A stretch of DNA of 64,000 nucleotides from Vicugna vicugna (taxonomy: Eukaryota). The notes beneath the pieces were generated by a model. That model did not search any database. It was not told the origin of the DNA and saw nothing but the letters and a program-made list of their open reading frames with translations. A program made the translations under genes and the position numbers. Positions 52,151-64,000 of the stretch are shown here, in pieces. The DNA is taken from positions 688,941 through 752,940 of the forward strand of contig MU058844.1 in the NCBI GenBank assembly GCA_013265495.1, written 5' to 3'. The first letter of the stretch is position 1. Each line of letters starts with the position of its first letter.

Positions 52151-54244
52151 GCCACTCATATGCCACCAACACCCAGATTGATCTGATGATCTTATGTCCC
52201 CAATAAATAATGATCTGCCCAGAGAGAGGAGGCTAAAGGGCCAGGTTTTTGATGACAGCTTGATGTGCATATCTCTGAAATTCACTTATTATATGCAAAA
52301 CATCTAGCACTGTGCCCACCCCACAGTAAGTTCTCAATAATGGTTGTTATTATTATTGTTGTTGTTGTATTGTCATTTTAATAGCCAAAAGATGGCAACC
52401 ACTGTCTCTATTTATTTATTTATTAAGAAGACCAGCCTTATTTAACTGCTGCTATTTTCGTTCATTCTTACGGAGGGCTTAACATGTGCCAGGTCATTTC
52501 GTGGCTTTACCTCCTGTAAGCGTCAGAACAGCTCTATCATGTAAGTACTACAGAATTATTATCAGTGTCTTACAAACCTTCAGTAGCACAAGTGATTTGC
52601 CCAAGGTCACACAGAGAGTGAGTGAGCTGAGATTTGAACACACATGGCTGGTTTCAGAACCTGTGCTTTTATCAAGAAAACCACAGAATGCCAAGATAAG
52701 ATAAACTCGGTCCCTCTCATCTCAGAGCTGGAGGAGGAAACAGGCCTTAAGGAAGTAATTACAAATACGATGCATATTACCAGGAAGACTGGATCTCATC
52801 TGGAGAAAGTGACATTTCAGCTGATAACTGAGAGAAGGAATCAGATACAAATGATGCCGGTCAGGCCTCTCACCTACAGAGCTGGGAGCAGGTTGAGGTA
52901 AGGCTGTCTATGTCTTCTTGGATTCCTCCCACAGTACTTAGCATCTTGCCCTGGACAACGTCTACACTAACCAGTATATTTCTTCACTCTGTGGAAAGAA
53001 AGATAACTTAGTTTCTTCCCTATTGCTGACTGCTTCTGGTAGAAATATTGCCTGATAATTGTTTGTAAACCAAAGCCTCCGTGGTGCCTGTGAGGTCCCA
53101 GAACAAAATTCTCCCCTCAGTTACCTCAAAGTGACATCCGCTAATATGAACAGAAGCCACATGTATTTACTTGAAGGGAGAATTTGGTCGACAGGATATT
53201 GAAGGGTAATTGATGACGATTCCAGTCCCTTCAAGTGCGCGTTTTGTGTCTATAATCATTGTTTTAGAAGATCATATGCCACGTGAATTAGAGGCTGTGG
53301 AGTCCGAGCCCCCTCCACGTTTTGGCAGTTGTGCATTCCTTATCCTGTTCTCCAGTTACTTTCTTTTCTCAGACTAACTCTGTGCTGTTGTTATTTTTTC
53401 TAATATCTCATTTTCCAGGTTTAAAAACAAGCGCTAAAGCTTAAGGGATGTTTTAAGATGGAAGTCCTCACTGAATTAAATTTTAGGGGAAAAAAAAATA
53501 CCTTGCCAAATAAAATTACTCCCTGAAGACCTTCCCAGTTGGAGGGGTGGTCTACCCAGAATGGCCCGGCTGGGGGTCTGTCTGCAGCTGACCCCAGGGA
53601 GCCACCTCGCCTTGTGAGTCAGTTCTCTATTTTCTTAGCACCAGGCTCAGGAAGGAAATGTTGTTGTCTCCTGCTTAGGCTGTGGTTTGGGATCTGTGAA
53701 TCATCTGGGTATCCTTCTGCATGTTAAAAAGTATTTCAAACAAAGAATGAACTTGTAAATGTTTAGTGACTGAAAGCTACAAGCATAGGCTGAGATGTAT
53801 CAAAACAAAAATCTTATTTTTGTTCTTATCTGCCTCCAACTTCATTTACTTTTTTTCTCCTTTATCTTTTCTTCTCTGTCTCCTCCATCTTTTCTTCTCT
53901 GTCTCCTCCACTTATATTGTATGATGGAAAAATACCAAGTGCAAAGTTTGGAAATGGAAGTTCTAGATGCAGTTCTGCTATTGATTTGGGTGTCAGAGAC
54001 AAATCACCGAACTTCTTTTGGGCCTGATTCTTTCTTTTGTTCAACAAGTATTTGTTGAAAACTTATCACAAGCACTGTTTTACTGGGGATTCAGTGGTGA
54101 AGGAAATACAGACAGTTCCTGCTCTTGTGAAGCTGACATTCCAGTAGGAAAACGAAATGTGGCCACAAAGAGACAGGAACCCAACCTCGTAATGTGAGGT
54201 CAGACAAATTATCCACACTTCTGTGTGTCTCTGGCGTCTTTGTC

Positions 54245-55770
54245 TATGAAACTGTGTAGTATTATATAACTTTAAAGCATTATTTGAAATGGAGCACTCC
54301 AAAGGATCTAGAATGGCCAGGATGATACTTTAAAAGAAATAAATTGGAGAACTTATTCTCCCTGATTTTAGAACTTACCATAAAATATACAGTAATCAAG
54401 ACAGTGTGGTCGTAAGCATAAAGATAGATGTATGAATGGATGCAACAGAGTTGAAAGCCCAGAAACAGACCCACACTGACGCGGTCAACTGAGGTTTGAT
54501 AAAGTTACCAGAGTAAGAAGTAGTCTTTAATAAGTCGAGCTGGAATAACTGGATGTCTACATTAAGAAAGGTACCTAAACCTTTTCCACACAACATATAC
54601 AAAATTTAAGTTTAAACAGATCATCGGCCTAAATCTAAGAGCTAACACCATAAATCTTTTAGAAGAATTTAGGAGAAAATCTCTGTGACCTTGAATTAAG
54701 TAAGTTTCTTTCATAGGACACAAAAAGCATGGGTCATAAAAGAAAAGCTAGTAAATTGGACTTTATAAAGATTAAAACATTAGTTTATCAAAAAACGCAA
54801 TTAAGAAATGAAAAAGTGAGACATTAATAAAGATAAAATACCTGTAAGGCATATATTTGAAAAGGTCTTGTATCCAGACAACATAAAGTTCTCTTATAAC
54901 TTAATAATAAGGAAATAATCCAGTAATAAAATGAGAAAAAAAATATTTAAATAGACACCGCACAAAGGAAAATACATGGATGGTCAAAAAGCACATGAAA
55001 AGATTCTCAGCATCGTTGGTAATCAGAGAAACGCAACTTAAAACCACAATGAGGTAACACTACATCCACACTAGAATAGATAAGATTTAAAAGACTGACA
55101 ATAACAAGAGTTGGTGAGAATGTGGAGCAACTGGAAATCTCATACAATGCTGATGGGAATGCAAAACCATACAGCCATTTCGAAGAGTGAAATTTCTTAA
55201 AGTGTTAAAATACACTTACCATGCAATCTAGCACTTCCACACTTAGGTACTTACCTAAGAGAAATGAAAACATATGTCCACTGAAAGACTTGTACATAAA
55301 TATTCACAGTATCATCATTTTATAATAGTCCCAAACTGGAAACAATCCAAATGCCCATCAACTGTTGTATATATAAAAAGAAAATGGTGATATACAATGG
55401 AATTAGTAACAACTAAAAGGAACAGAGTGCTGATGCAACATTGATGATTCTCAAAAGTATCTATATTATATATATATATACTAAATTTAAAAAGTCAGAA
55501 AAAGTACCATATATACTGTTTTGTATGATTCCATTTACACAAAATTCTAGAAAAGGCAAAACTATCACAACAATAACACATCAGTGGTTTCCTGGGGCAC
55601 AACATAAGGATGAGGATTGAATGCCAAGGGGTATGAGGAAAATTTGGGCTGATGGATGTGTGCTAAAATGTGATTGTAATGGTGGTTGGATGACAATACA
55701 TTTATAAAATTTGTTCACAGCTAAAATTAGTAAGTTATGTATAAATTATATCTCAACAAAACTATAGAAA
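54245..55770 (+). mobile_element. Old L1M ORF2 3' part and 3'UTR (decayed)
   Basis: 'acagtaatcaagacagtgtggt', 'aagcacatgaaaagattctcagcatc', 'tgtatgattccatttacacaaaattctagaaaaggcaaaact'. Confidence 0.9.
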
Positions 55771-56914
55771 CTGTTAACTCAGAATAAATGCTCCAAGCTT
55801 ATAAAAACCAGCATATTTTAACAAGGCAATATTTTGGCAGTTACAGAGGACAAAGGCAGAGTTAGAAAGCAACAGGAGAATTTTTGAGGTTCATCCAAGG
55901 AGAACTTCCATTCGTAATAGAACCCCAGAAATCCTAGGCAATATAGCACCCATCTTGGGATACTGTCTGAAAGCACAGGCAGAAATGTCAGGCACCAGAA
56001 ATAGGTGTCTTATCACCCACACAGAAATCTCTGTCGGAGTCCACGGGCTGTAGCTTCACTGCTTTATCTGGCCAGATAAGCTCTCAAGAGTTTCTCCCCA
56101 TCTGCTCCCTGGAGGCCTGGAGGTGAGAGGGCAGAAAGTGTTGAACAGTCCAGCCTTCCTGGTCTGGGTTTGACTTGTTGACATGTAATGTGTCCTCTTA
56201 ACTGTGGAATTTCTGCAGCTTTTCGGCCACTCATGGTGTTTCTTCTTGGAACATCACATCTTATAGTCCCTTTGAGGGTTCTGTCACTGCATGTTCTATC
56301 TGAGGCTTAGGTATTTCCTGTGGTGCTGATTTCTTGGGGACATTAGCATCTCAAGCAGTAGACAGACAAGGTTCTACTGGGTGTAATGAACACAAGGCTT
56401 CTCTGCGAAGATCCTCCAAACCTAAGCTCATTTCCCTCTCCTCAATCTCTCAACCCAATTTCATTCTTTAGTCTACCAGCTTTCTTCCCTTCCAGTGTTC
56501 AGTCGGTGTGATCTCTCCCAGGAAGTGTGGGTGAAGAACGTGACTTCTCCCTGAAACTCTTCCTGTCTGAACAAGCATTCATTGCTTCTTTCCACATACA
56601 TAGGTCCATAGTATCACAAATTATTAAGAGCCTAAAAAGACTGTCCAGAAAATTTAGATCACTGTTTCCCAAAATACCTTCCTCAGAACTGAGGGGTATG
56701 AATAGATAGTTGCCCAGTGGAAAACAGATTTCACGATCAATACGTTTAGAAAATGTCACTTAAACAGGTTTCTATATGCTGGATACCACAGGAAGGCTCA
56801 ATGTGCTTACTTTGATAATGAGCATCTTAACGCGGGACAGGGGGTTGGGGAGGGTTTGATGGGGATGTGATAATGCAGTGTTTGATCAGAGACTCTTTCT
56901 TCTCTCAGGCTGCA

Positions 56915-57355
56915 GAGCATCGCTGTCAAATAGAAATAGCCTGCAAACTCTGTCTGTAGTTACATACATAATTTAAAATATTCTGGTAACCACATTTTTT
57001 AAAGTGAAAAGAAACAGGTTGGCCTGATTTTTTATATAAAGTTTTTATTTATCTGTTATTTTTTAGAGCTGTTTTAGATTCTCAGCAAAATTAAGCAGGA
57101 CGTACTGAGAGTTTCCTTATGCCCCCCATCCCTGCAACACACAGCTTCCCATACTATCCTCATTCTAGTGACATTTTATTTAACCCAATATAGAAAATTA
57201 TTATTATTTCAACATTAATTAACCTAAAAATTATTAATGAGATACCTTACATGTTTTTTTCTGGATGCTGCCTTAGTTTTTACATTTTAAAATATGGCCC
57301 TAGCTACTTTTCAAGGGCTCAGCAGCCACACTTGGCTAGTGGCTACCCTATTAGT
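56915..57355. mobile_element. MER33 (hAT-Charlie) with an inserted antisense L1M 3' fragment (~57035-57165)
   Basis: 'gctgtcaaatagaaata...aaccacattttttaaagtgaaaagaaacaggt' resuming at 'attttatttaacccaatata...cagccacacttggctagtggctacc'. Confidence 0.8.
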
Positions 57356-57899
57356 ACGGAAGAGGTCAAATATCCCAAGGCACATAGTTTAGGAAATGCT
57401 GATCTAGTCACACACACTCGTCATACAGATAAAGTTGAAGAGCCCTGAAAGTTTGGAGTGGCTTTCCTGAGTTACAGGCCCAGTTGGTGTCAGAGGTGAG
57501 ATCAGTACACAGGTTTTCCTGACCCTGATGGGGAGTTCTTTCCACTACATCATGACTCAAACACAATTATTTTTTTTTTTTTTGGTAGGAGGGAGAATTC
57601 CAGCTTCCCTCCTTTGCTCCACAGGAGAACTATCTTCTATTCCTCCTGAAGTGAATCAGAATAGGTCTTAGTCTAGGGACAGAGAGGGCCTGAGTTTACA
57701 GTGACTATCCACAGCCTTTCATTCTACTGTGTGCTTCTCGGAATCTCTGGACTATCTCTTAGGATTTGCACAGTATCCATTCTTACTGGCATCAGAAGCT
57801 CTTTCAGGCCATAGTGCACTTGGATCCTTTACCACAGGATCATGGTGATGGCCCCTTGGCACTGGGGCCTTGGGTTGGGGAGGGTGGGAGGAGTCTTCC

Positions 57900-58100
57900 A
57901 TTCAATATCGATTCAACAAATACTTATTGAACACCTACTATGTGCCAGGTCCTGTTCTTGGGGACACATCAATGGACAAACCAAGTCCTTGGTCTCTGAA
58001 GTTTAGATTCTAAACTAATGTGGTGGGAGACAGACAAAACAAATATGTAAATATATGGCACCTTAGATAGGAATTAGTGTTGTTGTGAGAACATAGAACA
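57900..58100 (-). mobile_element. L2 3' end
   Basis: 'attcaacaaatacttattgaacacctactatgtgccagg'. Confidence 0.85.
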
Positions 58101-58559
58101 AAATAAGGGGGAAGGGGTGTAAGGAATAGAGGTAGGTTGGGGAGTGAGGGATTTTTTAATTCTCTAATCGTGGTGCTTATAGATGGAAAGGGAGAATTGA
58201 TTTAAGGAAAACACTCTATTATTAATGTGTTTAAATTCCTCCAATATTTTTGTGAACATATAGGTCCTCCTAGTAAATAATGAGAATATTTATTAACAAC
58301 CAAAGCACATGCCATTCACTAGGCACTGTGCTGAGCATGTGACATGGGTTTAGCAGTTTAATGAGAAACCAAGGGTTTTTGCTATCTTAGTATTCATTCT
58401 CCAAATTTCTGTAGTTAAGAAGTGTCAGGAAAGCAAAATTGTCATAATGAGCTGGCCATTTGTTAAAATCATTCTTCATTGAAATAGCTCTGTCTTACTC
58501 TGGCATGTATCCTGGCCAGTGGATCAGTCACCTTTGTTGATCACTGCCTCATTGATTTT

Positions 58560-59190
58560 CAGATATTTACAACATGAGATTGTACAGTGAAACTAGAAAG
58601 CAAATGGAAGCGAATGGGAAAAAAATGCAATTTGCCAAACATTTAGGATTTCATGAAATTGCTGAAAGTAATACAGGAGAACTTCCAGAATTACTTGCAA
58701 AGCCTTTGGCAAATGTGGATTTGGCATGATTTGATCTGTTGACAGTTGAAGGGTTTGATTTGATCAGTTGACAATGATTTGATTAGTTGACAGTGACAAG
58801 TGCTTCAAAAGGAAGGATTCAACACCAAAGAAATAGGAAAGGTCATTGTAAATCGATTAAGACCCAGAATAATTTTGTAAAGTGTATATCCTGTTAATGT
58901 TTCTTGAAGGTCAAATATGAAATGAAGGCTGCATAGTGCTAACATACAGTTTTAAAAAAAAAAATTCAACAAAAACCTCCTAAGTAATTGATTTGTTGTT
59001 TTTCTAAAATTAACTATAGAGTTGAAAATTTAAATTTGGTTAAATGTAAGACAGTCTTATAATTTGTATAGTTTTTAGTTCATTTTTCAAGGAAATGCTC
59101 TACTAACACCTATTTTTTCGATGACATTGTGGTGTGTTTATTGTCAGTTTTCCAGGTACCAGTTACCCTTCAATATAGGAAATAACTCTG
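58560..59190 (+). mobile_element. Ancient Tigger (TcMar) transposon relic with transposase C-terminal remnant
   Basis: 58628-58726 translates QFAKHLGFHEIAESNTGELPELLAKPLANVDLA, resembling the Tigger/TIGD C-terminal 'LGF.E....V.ELL.....PLTN.DL' motif. Confidence 0.6.
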
Positions 59191-60302
59191 CAGTTGCTGT
59201 TAGTGTCCCTATTTTTCAGGTGAAGTGACTGAGATGTGGAGAATTTTAGTAATTTTCTCAAGGTCACATAGATAGTAAGAGGCAGAGTCTACTGTCAACC
59301 TAGCTGAGCTGAATCCAGACCACCTCTGTACTACACAACACTGCCTCCTAGAGGGGTCACATTGGTTTAACTTATTCTTGACAAAACTCAAACTAAAAGC
59401 CTTGCATAAAAATATGTTTAGTGCCTGTTTCTTGTGGACCTCACAGGTAGGAATGACTCTACATTAAATATTTCATCTCAAGGTGGTTTTGAGCAGTAAA
59501 TGAGCACATTGTCTATTGTCTCGCCATCATAGTTTATGCAGTCTAAAAGGTTTGATGTCTGAACCTCCTAACTGCTAGTTATAATCTATTATCTTTGTGT
59601 TTGCTTAACCTCTGCAGGACATATCAGGGAAGTTAAACATGTCTGTTATAAATGTTGGGTATCTAATTGCCTTACCTTATAGCTCAGCCAGAAGGCAGAC
59701 ACTAAATAAAGAAAACCAGCCGTCTCACAATGACATACTGTCTTTGTACATCTTTCAAGCAGAGAAAAGATAATGGCCACGTATGATTTCAGGCAAGACT
59801 GCTGATTTGCAGTCTCTTCAGGAAATTGTAGTGTTTCCGAGGACAATATTCCTAGTCAAAATAGATTAAGCCTGAAGCCAAAGTGATGACCACAGTCAAA
59901 GTTAATGATACTGTATGTTTAGTTGGAAACAACTGGAGGAAAAATAAGTTATCATAGCAGACAGTTGACCCTATAATCCCTCTTTATTCTCTGGACCTTA
60001 TCAGCAGTGGGATGGAAAAAAATAAAGTTTTCTGAGTCCATTGTATCTGTAGATAGGGCAGAAAAGCACTTCACTATGATGAAATGGAGTTTAGGATAGG
60101 AGGAGATATGTTTTAGTGGAAGACTTGCTCTTACCCACCCAGTTTCAGATTTTTAAAGACTGCAAGGCAATCCTACACCATTGTCCTAGATACAGAAAGA
60201 GGATGGTGTCTGCTCACTGGTAGCCACAGACATAGCAGCTTGACAGAGGAGCCAGGAGAGAAAGGCTTCTCTAATAAATATGAGGAACTGTTAAGATTAT
60301 TA

Positions 60303-60410
60303 GACCACTAGCAATTCCACTTCTGGGTATATACCCACAAGAATTGTAAGAAGAAACTTAAAGAGATATTTGAACACCCATGTTCATAGCATTTATTCTC
60401 CACAATACCC
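60303..60410 (+). mobile_element. Short internal L1 ORF2 fragment
   Basis: 'agcaattccacttctgggtatatacccacaagaa...gatatttgaacacccatgttcatagca'. Confidence 0.85.
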
Positions 60411-60430
60411 GTAGTATATACTACGGGTAT
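60405..60430. repeat. Perfect 26-bp palindrome
   Basis: atacccgtagtat|atactacgggtat, no spacer. Confidence 0.98.
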
Positions 60431-60529
60431 ACTCTTTTGAGATTTAGCAAAATTAACCACTGGGTTTAGCCATGGAACCTGTGAGTGCCAAAAGAGCTAG
60501 AATTTGAACTCAGGATGTCTGATGAGCCC

Positions 60530-60709
60530 ACTGGTTCTCAAACATTGGTGTACATGAGAATCACCTGGAGGGCTCATAAAGCCATAGATTGCTGGGCTCC
60601 ACCTTCAGAGTTTCACTGGCTCTGAGGTGGGGCCCAAAGATTTGCATTTCTAACAAGTTCACAGATAATACTCATGTTGATGTTCGGGTACCCACTTTGA
60701 GAATCAGTG
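60530..60709. mobile_element. MER5A MITE
   Basis: TIRs 'cactggttctcaaa' / 'tttgagaatcagtg'; 'ggggcccaaagatttgcatttctaacaagttc'. Confidence 0.9.
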
Positions 60710-61429
60710 TAGTAGCCTCCCTGTCTTTTTACACACTACAGGATAACAGTAGAAGGAATTGCTCTGTCCAAAAGGAATCCAGAGGAATGACACAGGGTAA
60801 GTGATGTGTTGGAAGGAGCAGGTTGGGGAGGGGGATAAGGAGCAGAGTTCACTACCCTTTTTCAGCTGTACTGCCCTCTCTGCTATAATACAGGGGCAGC
60901 TGCTAATGTCCATGAGTAAGGTGTGAGTCTTGAGGTGTGTTTCCCTGGAAGGAAGGGACAGAGACTGAGAGTCATGTGTTCTCATGAGTCTCCTCCCTCC
61001 AGTCTATCTAAATATTCTATATCCTTCAAGCTTAGGATGAAATCCCATCTAAGGTTGATCTCTTGGTTTTCACAACCCAGATTGTTCTTAGACTCAGTGT
61101 TACACAGGTTAGAAATGACTAATCTCTAATTGATTTATGTGTTTTTTATTTCTTCTCTGGTTAGTTTAAAAGTTTTTTGAGGTCAACGATAGTGGCTTAT
61201 GGTTTTAGCCATGAGGACTTCCAGTGTAGCTAAAAGTCTTGGACTAGCTGTCTAATCGATGATTATTGAAAAAATTTGTTCAATTAGTTAGAGATTACCA
61301 TTACATCAAAACTAATAAAAATTAGAATAAGTATATATAAATATAATGAAGATATTGCAGAATGCTAAATGTTGGTTAGATGCTGGCAGTCCTGCTGTTA
61401 GTCCCAGTGATGACTTTGGAGGAAACAGA

Positions 61430-61548
61430 GGCACCCCTGTTCAAGACACCTAACTGGCATCCATCCAAATCTAAGAAGCATACATGGGAATGGTGAACCC
61501 TGGAGTTGTGCAGTATACACCTTTGCACAGTTCTAAGACATGGCCCTA
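61430..61548. mobile_element. MER91-like (hAT-Tip100) fragment
   Basis: 'gaatggtgaaccctggagttgtgcagtataca...atggccct'. Confidence 0.6.
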
Positions 61549-62310
61549 TGTATGGGGTGGATCATATAGGTTCACTGCTCCCTTCCAAGGCAGGTGGTGG
61601 TCTTAATAAATATTAGTCCTAACAGCTCTCCCATATGTGGTACATATATGTATACCTGGATACACAACTCTATAATTTTCTAATCCTCGGTCTTTATCCT
61701 CCATTGCATTTATTAATCAGTGCCCCAAGGGTAAAGACCATGTCTTATCTTTGTACCCTTCGTGTCTAGGGAAGTCTACTGCATGTTATAGGCCCTGACA
61801 ATAACTGTTTGTTGAATAAAGTAATAAATGAACAAACATAAATGGTCATTGTCAGGTGATTTGAAGTTCTAGATATGATTATATAGTAAAATGCTTTGAA
61901 ATTGCTTAAAGATGTAGCAAGGCGATAGGCAAGTTCGAGGGATAAAAGGTTAATGGTGCCATCTGAGTTTTGGTAGTCTTCCTTTGCAGAGTCCTACAGT
62001 GTTCTTAGCATTCTCATCAGTGATCCAGACAGCAGATGAATAGTGTTTCCTCCTCTTCCACTTGAGAAAATTGCCGTTATCCCAGTTACATAAATTTCAC
62101 AATTTTGAGTATTATTTTTCCTTGATGATTTTGCCAGATCGGGACACCTGTTCTCCAAACAGTTGTGATGTTCATGTTGAAGGTCTTTATGGGATTATTC
62201 CATCTGAGAAATTACTATGAAAATGTAGTAACAAAGCTCCTAAGTGCCTTATTCTCTTGACCATACTCCTTCATTTGACTTCCTAAAAATTCCTACTTTC
62301 CCTTGGCCTT

Positions 62311-62560
62311 TGTGGTAGCCATCAGTGCTGGCACCAGGTTTTGTCAGTATCTATCCCCCTATACCAGCATATGGCCCTGGAAGTTAGGCGGGCCATGTGG
62401 CTTGCTCTGGCCAATGAAATGTGAGTAGGAGGGACATGAGTCACTTCTAGGTGGAAGCTTTAAGAGCCAGTGTGTGTTTCTCTACTGTATCCTCCCCATT
62501 GTGCTGATGATGGGTCAGACTGAAGCCTCGATCTGCTCAAGATCTCCAAGTAATTTCTGT
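62311..62560 (+). mobile_element. MLT1H/I-like LTR fragment
   Basis: 'ggccatgtggcttgctctggccaatgaaatgtgagtagga...tcacttctaggtggaagctttaagagccag'. Confidence 0.75.
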
Positions 62561-64000
62561 GAGTAATATATCCACATTTATTATTAATGAGAAGTCAAAA
62601 TGATCAAAGGAAATGTTTCTTTGAAGTGCCTTGGCGAAATAACTGGCTTAGAGTGTATGTTTCAACTTCACCCCTTTTCTTTGAAGACGTTACTTCATAG
62701 TGCATTATGATCTATGTGAGCAAGGGCGGCTTCAAAGGCCTGTGCAGGGTCAGCAGTCCTTCCCTAGAGTAAACATAAGTCTACTATGTCTTTGATTAGT
62801 GCCCTTCACAGCCATCAGTCCCTGTCATTGTTAGAGACCCTAGACTCACAGTCAGAATTACAAGCTTTGCTCAGATAAAAGGCATTTATTCCTCAATCCA
62901 AATAGTTATCTGAGAGTTGTCTCTGTTCCCTAGTCCTTCTTAGCTAGGTTATCCTTTGTCTCTCTTTTGTTCTTGATTTTTCCGCATTAGCTCCCTGCAC
63001 AGAGGCCCATTGTTATCTTTTATTTACCCATATCCAGAGCTGGGCTGTGGTGGATACCCCAAAAGTATGGTGACTGGCTAACCATTGGACTTTGTGGCTG
63101 CTGATCTTGCCTTGTCCCCTTGGCTTTGGAGCCAGGACTAAGCTTGGACAAAGTATAAGTTGGTTAACTTTGTTCTCAGATCCACACACCCCTCTTCATG
63201 CTTGGGTGACAACACTGCATTAGGCTACTGGGGATTGAATCTTGCACTATATTTACTAGCTGTATGACCTTGGGTAGATGGCCTAAAATCTCTAAACTTC
63301 AGTTTCCCGAAGCACGCTGGTCCCAACAGAGCATGCACACCTCAGCATGGCTCTGTCTTCTCTACTTGCTGATGTGTGTAAAACAGCTCTTCTGAAATAA
63401 TAAACACTTCATTTCTTTGTGAAAACAAAGTTTTTAAAAAGGATATCAGCTGGTGCCGGTGATACGAATAAAGGAAAAGTAATGAGCTCTAAGATCGTGA
63501 TGGTTCTTAGAAACTCATCTGAAATTTGGAATAAATAGAAAGTGGAACATTCACCTGGGCCATGCCCAATACCGATGAAGGAACTAGTCCACTACACACA
63601 CTCTGTGGAGAAAGGAAAACGTGATTTGTGAAATTGTTTTAGTAAAGACTCCAGCTAGCACAAAAATTGCTTACCAAGTGAGACATCAAGCTGTAGTGAA
63701 AGCCGGAAACGCAAAAGTGCTGTGAGACTGCACAGGGAGTGTGAGTCTCGATGGAACGGGGATGTGGGAGAGAGTGGGGGCCTGTCTGAACGTTTATATT
63801 CGCAGACTGAGGGATTTGTGTAAGGTGTCAGAAATGCGCCTGTCCAAAGTCAAGGGTCAGTTTTGCTCTGCTGGCTTGTGTTGGCCTCTGCATTTGTTGA
63901 TGGCCTGCTTGAGGGAAGGATTCTGTATTCATTACTGCTTTCTCTACAAACTAGCCCAGTGCCTGGCACATGGTAGGTGTTGAGTGTTGAATAAGTATTC

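Overview
Repeat-rich, non-coding mammalian genomic DNA (intronic or intergenic) with a 685-N assembly gap at 16514-17198. No protein-coding gene, rRNA, genuine tRNA or CRISPR array can be supported; the listed ORFs are L1-derived, gap-spanning or unrecognisable short frames. Four copies of a tRNA-derived SINE resembling camelid vic-1 suggest an alpaca/llama/camel genome (inference). The window holds old eutherian repeats (MIR, L2, L1M, MLT1, LTR33-like, MER54/74-like, MER5, MER63, MER33, MER91, Tc2- and Tigger-type DNA transposons) overlaid by younger L1 3' ends with target-site duplications (TSDs), SINEs and a young solo LTR. The main structure not explained by repeats is a ~285-bp, ~91%-identical inverted duplication (38590-38875 / 39808-40092) whose loop contains a candidate 103-nt minus-strand exon with a hydrophobic reading frame. 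Also notable: a perfect 26-bp palindrome at an L1 breakpoint, a twin-primed L1, a tail-less L1 with TSDs and a near-consensus CTCF site. Family names come from remembered consensus motifs, not a database search; boundaries of old repeats are approximate.
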